Source of the DNA: an uncultured Pseudobdellovibrionaceae bacterium
GTDB taxonomy: Bacteria; Bdellovibrionota; FAC87; UBA2466
Assembly (NCBI GenBank): GCA_964653655.1
Contig: CAZZHG010000017.1
Span: 279-64,278 of the forward strand
Length of the DNA: 64,000 nt
Direction: 5' to 3'
Shown here: one piece after another, positions 37,710-46,543 of the stretch
Position numbering within the stretch: the stretch's first letter is position 1
How the letters are laid out: each line of letters opens with the position of its first letter
Program-made: the position numbers and the translations under genes
The notes under the pieces: model-generated
Seen by the model: the letters and a program-made list of their open reading frames with translations, nothing else
What the model was told of the DNA's origin: nothing
Databases searched by the model: none

Positions 37710-38912
37710 ATGCAAGGGAACGGACTCATTCTGGGAGCCGGCATTCTCGGCAGCGCCATCGCCGCCGAGCTCAGTCGGCGGGGCGTGAACGACCTTCACG
37801 TAGTCGACATCGACCTCGAGGGCTCCCTTTCCAGCTCGGAGCGTAACGCGGGCGGCGTCCGCCACCTGTGGCAGCAGGGCATCAACGTCGAGCTAGCGCG
37901 CCATACCATCGATTACATCCGCCAGAACTCCGTGGCGGCTGGCTTCCAAAACACCGGATACCTCTGGCTCTACGACAAATCGAAGGCGGGCGAAGCCGAA
38001 GCCATGGTCAAAAAGACCGAGGAACGCGGGCTTAAATACGAGGCATGGACGCCGGATCAGATCCAGGCGAAGTACCCCTTTCTCGATAAGCTCGAGAACG
38101 TTTCCGTGGGCCTCTTCGGTAGCAACGACGGCCTCGTGAACGCGAACGGGTTGAAGATGCACTTTCGGGATCTCGCCAAAACCCGCGGGGTCACCTTCCA
38201 CGATCGCCTCTGGGTGACGGAACTGAAAGAGACCGCCGGCGGCGTCGAGGTTCAATTCGGCGGCGTGGATAACCAGGACAAGGCCATCCACCACCTGCAG
38301 CACCCCAAAGAAGCTCTTCCGAAGGCCGAGAGCGGCAAGTTTTCCTTCGTGGTGCTGGCCGGGGGCGCGTGGCTCCAGGTGCTTCTCGCCAAACTCACGT
38401 CCGATGCCCTCGTGAAACCGATCCGCCGCCAGGTTTGTCTGTTCCAGGCCGACGAGCTCGACATAACGAAGTACGGCATGGTCGTCGACACTTCGGGCGT
38501 CTACTTCCATCCGGAAGGCGGAAACATTCTCGCGGGATTCGTTTTGAAGGACGAGCCGGAAGGTTTCCGCTTCGACTACGATCCGGACTTTTTCGAAAGC
38601 CACATTTGGCCGACGCTCTACGAGCGCTCCTCGAAGTTCGAGCGGCTCAAATGGCTCACGGGATGGGGCGGCCTGTACAGCTACACGCCCGACACCTCGG
38701 GGCTTCTAGGAAAGCTTCCCGGTTACAAGAGCGTGTACGAAGCCCACAGCTTCACCGGCCGAGGCCTGATGCAGGCCCACGGAGCGGCGCTCGCCCTTTC
38801 GGATCTCATCGTCGGCGGAAAGTACGAGACGATTGACGCGTCCTCGCTCTCCCGAGAGCGCTTCAAGAAGCTTCCCAAAGACAAGTGGCTCCATGAGGGC
38901 CTCCACATCTGA
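37710..38912 (+). CDS. FAD-dependent oxidoreductase (DadA/sarcosine oxidase family)
   Basis: GAGILG Rossmann motif, SERNAGG, WGGLYSYTPD and FTGRGLM. Confidence 0.88.
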   Translation: MQGNGLILGAGILGSAIAAELSRRGVNDLHVVDIDLEGSLSSSERNAGGVRHLWQQGINVELARHTIDYIRQNSVAAGFQNTGYLWLYDKSKAGEAEAMVKKTEERGLKYEAWTPDQIQAKYPFLDKLENVSVGLFGSNDGLVNANGLKMHFRDLAKTRGVTFHDRLWVTELKETAGGVEVQFGGVDNQDKAIHHLQHPKEALPKAESGKFSFVVLAGGAWLQVLLAKLTSDALVKPIRRQVCLFQADELDITKYGMVVDTSGVYFHPEGGNILAGFVLKDEPEGFRFDYDPDFFESHIWPTLYERSSKFERLKWLTGWGGLYSYTPDTSGLLGKLPGYKSVYEAHSFTGRGLMQAHGAALALSDLIVGGKYETIDASSLSRERFKKLPKDKWLHEGLHI

Positions 38913-38931
38913 GCTATACTGACGGTTCCTC

Positions 38932-40095
38932 ATGAACCGTTCGTCCGATCATCTGCCCGAGCTGGACGGCCTTCGCGGCGTCGCCATCGCCCTCGTCATG
39001 CTCGTCCATTTCACGACCCTGAACGGTCTTTCCGGCTGGGACTACCCCTTTCAAGTCACGGAAGCCTTCGCGTGGATTGGCGTGGATCTCTTCTTCGTGC
39101 TGTCCGGCTTCCTCATCACCGGAATCCTCGTCGACAGCCGAAACGATCCGAACGGCATGATCTATTTTTACGGCCGCCGGGCGCTGAGAATCCTCCCCGT
39201 CTATTACGGCCTTCTCTTTCTCTATACGGTGGTTTTCCCCCTCCTCCTTCCCGCAGGACACGGAATCCTCCCCGCCGTCTGGGTGACCGACCCGGGCTGG
39301 TACTGGACCTTTCTTTCGAACTTTCTGTTCGTTCAGCTGGGCCGTTTTCCCGACGAAGTGATGGCCGTCAGCTGGTCGCTCGCCGTGGAAGAGCAGTTCT
39401 ACCTGGTGTGGCCCTGGATTGTGCGATCGCTCGACGATAAGTCGCTCGAGAAGTTCTGCTGGGGCGCGCTCGGATTTACGGCGGTGCTCAGAGTCGGCCT
39501 TCTCGCCGCGGGCTGGGAAGGGGTTCCCATCTACGTCTTCACGCCGGCGCGCCTCGACGGGCTCGCGGTCGGCGCGCTCCTCGCCCTCTGGCGCCGGACT
39601 CCGGAGGGAAGCGCGAAGCTGCGCCGGTGGAGGAAGCCCGCTTGCCAGTATGGCTTCGCGGCGCTGCTCGCGTGTCTCGTCGCCGACGCTTTTCTCGCCG
39701 ACGATCCGACCGCGGAGAGATGGCTGGTGCTCCTTTCCTTTCCGACGCTCGCCTTTTTCTTCGGCGGCGTACTCGCGTTCTCCCTGGAGAGCGCGGGCGA
39801 GTGGGGCCGCTTTCTGAGATGGCGGCCGCTCTGTCTCTTGGGGATTTGGAGCTTTCCGATTTACTTGCTGAACAACGCCATCGCCGAGGGCGCGCGCCGG
39901 CTCGGCTACGATCCGAACCTCCTGACCACCCCGGCCTCCCGATGGGCCGGGCAAATTGCCTTCTATATAGTGGTGGGCGGGGCATGCATCGCGTTAGGCG
40001 CCCTCTTCCACTACGCCCTGGAGCGGCCCGCACAGAAGCTTAAAAACAAGCTGCCCCGGGCCCCCATCCCGTGGCGCCTATTTCCCACCCGATAA
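38932..40095 (+). CDS. Acyltransferase family 3 (OafA-like O-acyltransferase)
   Basis: LDGLRG, GVDLFFVLSGFLI, RRALRILP and WSLAVEEQFY. Confidence 0.92.
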   Translation: MNRSSDHLPELDGLRGVAIALVMLVHFTTLNGLSGWDYPFQVTEAFAWIGVDLFFVLSGFLITGILVDSRNDPNGMIYFYGRRALRILPVYYGLLFLYTVVFPLLLPAGHGILPAVWVTDPGWYWTFLSNFLFVQLGRFPDEVMAVSWSLAVEEQFYLVWPWIVRSLDDKSLEKFCWGALGFTAVLRVGLLAAGWEGVPIYVFTPARLDGLAVGALLALWRRTPEGSAKLRRWRKPACQYGFAALLACLVADAFLADDPTAERWLVLLSFPTLAFFFGGVLAFSLESAGEWGRFLRWRPLCLLGIWSFPIYLLNNAIAEGARRLGYDPNLLTTPASRWAGQIAFYIVVGGACIALGALFHYALERPAQKLKNKLPRAPIPWRLFPTR

Positions 40096-40178
40096 AGTCG
40101 CCCGCCCGTATGGCCGATAAGTCCTACGCAAGGCTTCAGTTGGGCTTTGCCGACACTTGAACCCCGTCCGGAGGACGC

Positions 40179-40577
40179 ATGGCGACGAAACCGACCACGA
40201 AGAAGACCACCACCGTGAAAAAGGCCCGCGCGAAAAAGGAAACGCCGGAAGGCGCCGTTCGCCTCGCCGGAACCGCGAAGACGAGCAAGCGTGCCACGCG
40301 CCTCGCCGCCAAGCCCCCGTGCCGGATCGCCAAGTGCAAGCGCACCTACCGCGCGAAAGGCTACTGCGTTCACCACTACGCCCTCTGGCGCCACAACGAG
40401 TACGGCAACGGACGCTACAAACAATGTGGCGACACGAGCTGCCCGAAGCCGATGATGAAAAACGGCCACGGCTACTGCGAAGAGCACTTCACGAACTACT
40501 ACGTGAAGGGGCAAGCGGTAGCGAAGGCGGCTCCGGCCGCGGCGGCCGCTCCGGCAGCCGAGAAGAAGACGGCCTAA
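40179..40577 (+). CDS. Small basic protein with Lys/Ala-rich tails and two C-x4-C...GYC-x2-H zinc-finger-like repeats
   Basis: GGAGG RBS. CRIAKC..KGYCVHH and CGDTSC..HGYCEEH repeats with histone-H1-like termini. Confidence 0.7.
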   Translation: MATKPTTKKTTTVKKARAKKETPEGAVRLAGTAKTSKRATRLAAKPPCRIAKCKRTYRAKGYCVHHYALWRHNEYGNGRYKQCGDTSCPKPMMKNGHGYCEEHFTNYYVKGQAVAKAAPAAAAAPAAEKKTA

Positions 40578-40628
40578 CGGTCGGCATAACCATTCCCAAC
40601 TAACTGATAGTGCGCTAGTTTGCCCCTC

Positions 40629-41504
40629 ATGGGTAAACTCGCGGACAAGCTCGCCCGCAACGAGCGAGTCATCACCGCCGAAATCGCGCCTCCCAAAGGC
40701 CCGGGCATCAAAAAGCTGCTCGAGCACGCGGCCCTCATTGGTCCGAAGGTCGATGCCATCAACATCACCGACTGCCAACGCGCACTCGTGAAGATGTCGA
40801 GCCTCGCCGCCTGCAAGGTGCTTCTGGACGCGGGCCACGAGCCGGTCTTCCAGCTCACTTGCCGCGACCGCAACTCCATCGCGCTCCAGAGCGATCTGAT
40901 GGGCGCCGGAGCCCTCGGCATTCCCAACATTCTTTGTCTGACCGGCGACCCGGTGAAGGTCGGCGACAACGCCCAGGCCAAATCGGTTTTCGAAGTCGAA
41001 TCGGTCCGCCAGCTGGAGATAGTCGCGAAACTTCAGGGCGGCACCGACTGGAACGGCGCCAAGATGAACAAGAAGACGAAGTTTCTGGTCGGCGCCGTGG
41101 TGAACCCGAGCAATCAGGGCCAGGGCGGCCAGCTCGCGCGGATGGAAAAGAAGATCGCCGCCGGCGCAACCTTCTTTCAAACTCAAGCCAACTACGACAT
41201 CGAGGATTTCCGCTCCTTCATCTCGGAAGCGAAGAAGCGTTTCGAAACCAAGATTCTCGCCGGCATACTGCTGCTGCATTCGGCGGAAGTGGCCCGCTAC
41301 ATCCACGAGAACATTCCGGGCATCCGGATTCCGGACGAGGTACTGGCCGGATTCGAGAAGACGGTGGATGCCGAGCAGTACGGAGTCGACTTCGCCGTGA
41401 AAACCATGCGCGCGCTCGAGGATGTCGCCGACGGCTTTCATTTGATGACGATTCGGACCGAGGAACTCTTACCTAAGATATGGGACGCCTATCATGCAAA
41501 ATGA
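40629..41504 (+). CDS. metF: Methylenetetrahydrofolate reductase
   Basis: TAEIAPPKG, INITD, QLTCRDRN, LCLTGD and FFQTQ. Confidence 0.88.
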   Translation: MGKLADKLARNERVITAEIAPPKGPGIKKLLEHAALIGPKVDAINITDCQRALVKMSSLAACKVLLDAGHEPVFQLTCRDRNSIALQSDLMGAGALGIPNILCLTGDPVKVGDNAQAKSVFEVESVRQLEIVAKLQGGTDWNGAKMNKKTKFLVGAVVNPSNQGQGGQLARMEKKIAAGATFFQTQANYDIEDFRSFISEAKKRFETKILAGILLLHSAEVARYIHENIPGIRIPDEVLAGFEKTVDAEQYGVDFAVKTMRALEDVADGFHLMTIRTEELLPKIWDAYHAK

Positions 41505-42612
41505 AGCGCTTTTGAGAACCCCCCTCCACCGTTGCCACCTTCAGCTCGGCGCGAGAATGGTCCCCTTCGCGGGCTACGAAATGCCGGTGCAGTACACCGG
41601 CGTAATCGACGAGATCAAGACCGTGCGCCGGGACGCCGGGCTTTTCGACGTGTCTCATATGGGTCAGGTTTCCATCCGCGGCAAGAACGCGCTCGCCGAG
41701 GTGAACAAGCTCGTCACCAACAACGTCGAGAAGCTCAACCTCGGCCAGGCCCAGTACAACATGCTTTGCAACGATCGGGGCGGGGTCATCGACGATCTGG
41801 TCGTCTACCGCCGCTCGGCCGAGGAGGTATTCATCTGCGTGAACGCCTCCAACCGGCACGAGGACGTGGCGTGGATGAAGTCCAAGCTCGGAGCGGGCGT
41901 CGAGTTCCGCGATCTTTCCGACGAAACGGCGCTGCTCGCCATTCAGGGACCGAAGGCGGAAGCCATCCTTTGCAAGCTTTCGAATCCGGACAAAGTCCGA
42001 AATCTGAAGTATTACTGGGCCACGGAGACCACCGTTTTCGATCGCCCGTGTTATCTCTCCCGCACCGGCTACACAGGCGAGGACGGCTTCGAGCTGTATC
42101 TACCGGCGAAGGAAGCCGCTGCGGTCTGGGAAAGGCTTCTCGAAATCGGCCGACCGGACGGGCTCGCGCCGATCGGGCTCGGCGCGAGAGACACCCTTCG
42201 CCTCGAGATGGGTTATCCGCTGCACGGCCACGAGCTTTCCAAAGATCTCACTCCGCTCGCCTCGGGCCAAACCTGGGTGGTGAAGCTGGATAAGCCGGTC
42301 CCCTACATCGGGCAGAAGGCCCTGCAGGCGGAAGCCGCCGCCGGCCCCGAAAAACAATTGAAGGCGCTTCTCGTGGACGACCGGCGTATTCCGCGAGCCG
42401 GGTACCGCATCTGCCTCGAGGACCGCACCGTGGTGGGAGAGATCACCAGCGGCTCTTTAAGCCCCCACCTCAATCAGCCGATTGCCCTCGGCTTCGTGGG
42501 AAAGCGCTGGGTGGACTCGAAGCTCTTCGTGGAAGTGCGGGAATCTCTCATCCCGGCACGCGTAGCGAAGCTTCCCTTCGTGCCTTCCCATACGAAGAAA
42601 ACGCCGAAGTAG
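41494..42612 (+). CDS. gcvT: Glycine cleavage system T protein
   Basis: FDVSHMG, SRTGYTGEDGFE and GLGARDTLRLE. Confidence 0.97.
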   Translation: MQNEALLRTPLHRCHLQLGARMVPFAGYEMPVQYTGVIDEIKTVRRDAGLFDVSHMGQVSIRGKNALAEVNKLVTNNVEKLNLGQAQYNMLCNDRGGVIDDLVVYRRSAEEVFICVNASNRHEDVAWMKSKLGAGVEFRDLSDETALLAIQGPKAEAILCKLSNPDKVRNLKYYWATETTVFDRPCYLSRTGYTGEDGFELYLPAKEAAAVWERLLEIGRPDGLAPIGLGARDTLRLEMGYPLHGHELSKDLTPLASGQTWVVKLDKPVPYIGQKALQAEAAAGPEKQLKALLVDDRRIPRAGYRICLEDRTVVGEITSGSLSPHLNQPIALGFVGKRWVDSKLFVEVRESLIPARVAKLPFVPSHTKKTPK

Positions 42613-42665
42613 CCAAAAGGTGCGGCCTCACTTCTGGCTGCCAGAAGTGAGGCCGCACCTTTTGG
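42613..42665. repeat. Perfect 26-bp inverted repeat with 1-nt spacer (bidirectional terminator or REP-like)
   Basis: CCAAAAGGTGCGGCCTCACTTCTGGC-T-GCCAGAAGTGAGGCCGCACCTTTTGG, immediately after the gcvT stop. Confidence 0.85.
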
Positions 42666-42871
42666 AGCTGCCTCCGTTGTTTACACCCGCCATTCGTTGA
42701 ACGTTTCGCGAATTCTCGCGTAAGATTAAGGGGAACGAACGCCGTTTAAGAAATCCGCGCTCAAACCGGTCGGCGCAAAAGAGCACCACGGCCGGGTGCC
42801 TGTATTCTGAGAGCGGGCCTCAATCTCGCGGCGGAAATCGTCACTTTGCCCACGGGCGGAACACTTCATTC

Positions 42872-42887
42872 TGGCATTCGCGTTGCA
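42872..42887 (+). promoter_or_regulatory. sigma54 (-24/-12) promoter
   Basis: TGGCAT-TCGCG-TTGCA (GG-N10-GC), about 60 nt before ATG 42950. Confidence 0.68.
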
Positions 42888-42949
42888 CTTAACCGCTCCA
42901 AGGGAACGAGGCGTTTAGATTACGGGCTATTAGTGCGAGCGGAGTCCTT

Positions 42950-44260
42950 ATGATGCTGCGTTGGTTGGTACTTATTTTGTTCGTGTCCGTGGTGGGTCTC
43001 GCGGAGACCGAACAGCACGCTGAAGACGGCAAAGGGCCCGACGCGACCGAAGCTCCCAAAGCGGAGCGCCCCAAGCAAAAGGAAACGACTTTGAAGCCCG
43101 AGGAGACGCGCCTTCTGTCGGCCATGTTCCGAATCCCGACCAAGACCGTGGAAGACGTTTACGGCGGAAGCGATGCCGAGTTCAGCATCCCGAAAGCCGT
43201 GGACGCCGCGATGGCCGGTGACGAAGCCCCCCTCGCCCGCATCGCCGCCGACCTTTACGGAAGCCTCAACCGCGAACAGGCGGACACCGCCTTCGGCGTG
43301 GTGGACAAAGCCCGCAATGACGAAATCGCGAAGAACCCCCGCGACGCGCGCTACATGGCGCTGCTCGACCGCCTGTTCTGGGCGGCCAAGATTGTGGACG
43401 GCAGCCCGGCTCAGTCGGAAGGCTCCGAGAAGTACAACGCCGTTTTCGACAAAGCTTTCAAGGAACGCCAGGACCGAATCGCCGACACCAAGGAGAAGGT
43501 CAAACAGGCTTTGGAAGGCAGCGAACCCGCGAAGGAAGCCCTTCGCAGCCGCTTCAACCGCAAGACTCTCTTGGCGTTCGTCGATGCTCAGCGTAAAGCG
43601 GGCAACACGAAGCTCGCCAACGACATCATCAACGCCATTTCTTTCGGCGGCAAAAATGGAAATCAGAAGTATCTCGACATGAAAGTGGGAAAGGAAACCC
43701 ACCGCCTGAACCTCGGTTTGACGTCGGAGTCCATGGATAAGGCGCTCACCGCCTACAGCAACGCCAACGGCGGGCTGCACTCGGCGACGCTTTCCAAAAA
43801 AGCTTTCAAGAGCCCCGGTCGTACTTTCAGCGTGGATGAAGGCGGCAAGCTCGCGACCAAAGTAGCCGACCGCGCCCCCCGGCAGTCGGGCCGTCAAGCG
43901 CGCCGCCAGGCCGCTCCCGAACAGTCTTCCGGCTCGTCGACTTCCTCGGCGCCCCAGCAACAACGCACGGCCGCTAGATCTCAAGATTCCGCCGCGAAAC
44001 CTTCGGCTGGGCAAACCACCAGCTCGAAGCCCGCGACCGGTGGCGGCGGCGGAGGCGGCGATTTAGCCGGCTTCGTCTCCAAGAACTGCACCGGCTGCCA
44101 TAACGCCGGAGACCCCGAGGGTACCGCCGACGGCAAGATCAAGAAGGGCTCGAAGGTCCTCTCCGTCGCCGAAGCCATCACGGCCACGAAACGCGTGCCG
44201 GCGATGCGCGACGCGGTTTCGGACGCGGTCCGAAGCCAGCTGCAAGCGTTCGCGCGCTAA
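42950..44260 (+). CDS. Secreted protein with C-terminal c-type cytochrome motif (paralog 1)
   Basis: Signal peptide, helical domain, Ser/Gly linker, CTGCH and a downstream Met (PAMR). Confidence 0.7.
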   Translation: MMLRWLVLILFVSVVGLAETEQHAEDGKGPDATEAPKAERPKQKETTLKPEETRLLSAMFRIPTKTVEDVYGGSDAEFSIPKAVDAAMAGDEAPLARIAADLYGSLNREQADTAFGVVDKARNDEIAKNPRDARYMALLDRLFWAAKIVDGSPAQSEGSEKYNAVFDKAFKERQDRIADTKEKVKQALEGSEPAKEALRSRFNRKTLLAFVDAQRKAGNTKLANDIINAISFGGKNGNQKYLDMKVGKETHRLNLGLTSESMDKALTAYSNANGGLHSATLSKKAFKSPGRTFSVDEGGKLATKVADRAPRQSGRQARRQAAPEQSSGSSTSSAPQQQRTAARSQDSAAKPSAGQTTSSKPATGGGGGGGDLAGFVSKNCTGCHNAGDPEGTADGKIKKGSKVLSVAEAITATKRVPAMRDAVSDAVRSQLQAFAR

Positions 44261-44417
44261 AAGCCCGATACCAAATAGACTTCGCGAATTCGTCTAGAAC
44301 ATCGTCCACCGACGATATTTCAGGCTGTTTTTTCCGCACACGCGGTCTACGGCCTGGGCCCCCGTGAATTCCGGCACTTGGGAGAGACGGCTTTCGTCGC
44401 CGGCACCCGCCTGATTT

Positions 44418-44433
44418 CGGCACTCCAGTTGCA
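44418..44433 (+). promoter_or_regulatory. sigma54 (-24/-12) promoter
   Basis: CGGCAC-TCCAG-TTGCA (GG-N10-GC), about 57 nt before ATG 44491. Confidence 0.65.
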
Positions 44434-44490
44434 CTTCTAAACCTCAAATGCTCTAGCGCTCGCGGAAGTTGGTCGTAGGTGAGGTTGCGC

Positions 44491-46065
44491 ATGCGGTACC
44501 GGACGTTCAAAGGTTGCCTAATTTCATTCCTGCTGATCCCCCAGTTAGCCGTATTCGCGCTGGAAACGGATCACGATGCCCCGGCCAACGGCCCCGCGCC
44601 CCTGCAGCGGCCCTCCGGCGAAGCCGGCGCCGTCTCCGTCGACCAACTCAAGAAAAACGTGAGAGAAATTCAGAACGCCGGAACCCCGAACTGGTGGAAG
44701 TCCGTAAACGCCCTTCTCGACCAGACGACCTCCGCCGACGCCGCCGCCTTCGCGAAGGAGATCGCCGAAGGCCGCCGCCAGAATCTTTTCAACTTCGCGG
44801 TCCAGGCCAGAGCCATGGACACGGCCGCGCTGAAAGAAGCGACCCGGAAGACGGGCGCGCCGGAAGCCCGCGAAGCGGCCGTGAACGAAATGGAACGCCG
44901 GCTTCAGGATCCGCTCACCAAATTCATCGCCGAGCATTACTCACTTCGCCCGGAGCTCGCGATGAAATATGCGGCCGAGTTGAAGAAAGCCAAGGGCGAC
45001 GACGCCAAGACGGCGAAACTCCTCGCGAGGCTTCTCGGCACCCTGAACCGCGCCCAGAGAGAGGCCCTGCTGAAAGCCGCCTCCGATTCGGCCAAGAACC
45101 CCGGCATCGACTCCGAAATTCTCGGCAAGATCGCGCAAGCCGTGACGGTTTCCCTCGGCGGCGATCCCAACACCGCTTTCAAACAAGCCTTCAAACAGGA
45201 GTGGGGCGCCACGACCGAGCGCAATCGTCAATTCGATCAACTGCTGTCGAACGCGCTCTCCGGTGACAAAGCGTCGCGCGACGAGCTCGTGAAACGCTTC
45301 GGCAAGGACGCGGTTCTGGACTACGTCAGCGCCCAGCTTCGAAACGGAAACGACGGCCGGGCCGTGGAGCTGGCCAAAGCCATCGCGAGAAAAGACGCCG
45401 ACGGCAACCTTTTCCTCGACCTGAACCCGGACAACGCGGCGCTGGCCACCGACACGAAGGGGCAGTCGCTGTTTCTCGGCAACGAAAAATCCAACGAGAG
45501 CATCCGCGCCGCGCTCTCCGCGTTCGACAACAGCAACGCGAAAGACCACGGCGACGTGACGAGCTTCGACCCGGGCACCAAGGGACGGCTGCAGCAGTTT
45601 TCTCTAGGCGACTCGGCCCCCGCGGGGGGCCGGCGCGTGTTCGCCTCCGCCGGAGCGGACGGACGTCCGGCCCTGAGCGAGGTTCCGGCCGGCCAGGCGC
45701 TTCCGACCAATGTCGCGAGCGAAAAAATCATCACGACCCGGCCGCTTCCGGAGCCCAAGCCCCTGGAGACGCCGAAACCGCCCACGACGACGCCCCCTCC
45801 GTCCAACACGAGCGGCAAGCTCTCGGACGCGGACGCGAAGGCGCTTCTCAACAACAAGTGCCAGAGATGCCACGGAGACGGCGGGACCGTGACGGACGCG
45901 TTCCACTACACGGACGCGGACTTCAACAACAAGGCGAAATTGAAGAAAATGGCGGCCGCCATGCAGAAGTCCGGCACCCGGCGCATGCCGAAGAACGACC
46001 CGGGCTTCGGAGACACGGCCGAGGGCAAGAAGCTGCTCCAATGGCTGGCCGACAAAACGAAGTGA
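44491..46065 (+). CDS. Secreted protein with C-terminal c-type cytochrome domain (paralog 2)
   Basis: GAGG RBS, signal peptide, Pro/Thr linker and CQRCH...RRMPK...LLQWL (class I cytochrome c pattern). Confidence 0.75.
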   Translation: MRYRTFKGCLISFLLIPQLAVFALETDHDAPANGPAPLQRPSGEAGAVSVDQLKKNVREIQNAGTPNWWKSVNALLDQTTSADAAAFAKEIAEGRRQNLFNFAVQARAMDTAALKEATRKTGAPEAREAAVNEMERRLQDPLTKFIAEHYSLRPELAMKYAAELKKAKGDDAKTAKLLARLLGTLNRAQREALLKAASDSAKNPGIDSEILGKIAQAVTVSLGGDPNTAFKQAFKQEWGATTERNRQFDQLLSNALSGDKASRDELVKRFGKDAVLDYVSAQLRNGNDGRAVELAKAIARKDADGNLFLDLNPDNAALATDTKGQSLFLGNEKSNESIRAALSAFDNSNAKDHGDVTSFDPGTKGRLQQFSLGDSAPAGGRRVFASAGADGRPALSEVPAGQALPTNVASEKIITTRPLPEPKPLETPKPPTTTPPPSNTSGKLSDADAKALLNNKCQRCHGDGGTVTDAFHYTDADFNNKAKLKKMAAAMQKSGTRRMPKNDPGFGDTAEGKKLLQWLADKTK

Positions 46066-46101
46066 GTCACCGACTCGCCGCATCACTTCTATGCTTTGGA
46101 C

Positions 46102-46129
46102 TTGACTAAACCTCGATATTTTCTATGGT
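46102..46129 (+). promoter_or_regulatory. sigma70-type promoter for gcvH-gcvPA-gcvPB
   Basis: TTGACT-16 nt-TATGGT upstream of gcvH. Confidence 0.5.
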
Positions 46130-46153
46130 ATTGCCCACGAAAGGGAATGCCAT

Positions 46154-46543
46154 ATGAAGATCCCCGAGGGGTTGAAGTACACGAACGAGCACGAGTGGGT
46201 TTATCTCGACGATGACAACATCGCCACCATCGGCATTTCCGATTTCGCCCAGGAATCCTTGGGCGACATCACTTTCCTCCAGCTTCCCAAGGAAGGCGAA
46301 AACATCCAGAAGGACGATCCCTTCGGCGTCGTGGAATCGGTCAAAGCGGTAAGCGACCTTTACGCTCCGGTCACCGGCCGCGTGGTCGAGGTAAATCAGC
46401 CGCTTCTGCAATCGCCGGAGCTCATCAACGAAGACCCCTACACCGACGGCTGGATGATCAAGGTCGAGGTCAAGGACACCACCGAGGTCGACGACCTCAT
46501 GGATCACAAAGCGTACCGCGCTTACGTTGAGGAAAATGCCTAG
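46154..46543 (+). CDS. gcvH: Glycine cleavage system H protein
   Basis: HEW, VESVKAVSD lipoyl-Lys motif and NEDPY..GW. Confidence 0.97.
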   Translation: MKIPEGLKYTNEHEWVYLDDDNIATIGISDFAQESLGDITFLQLPKEGENIQKDDPFGVVESVKAVSDLYAPVTGRVVEVNQPLLQSPELINEDPYTDGWMIKVEVKDTTEVDDLMDHKAYRAYVEENA

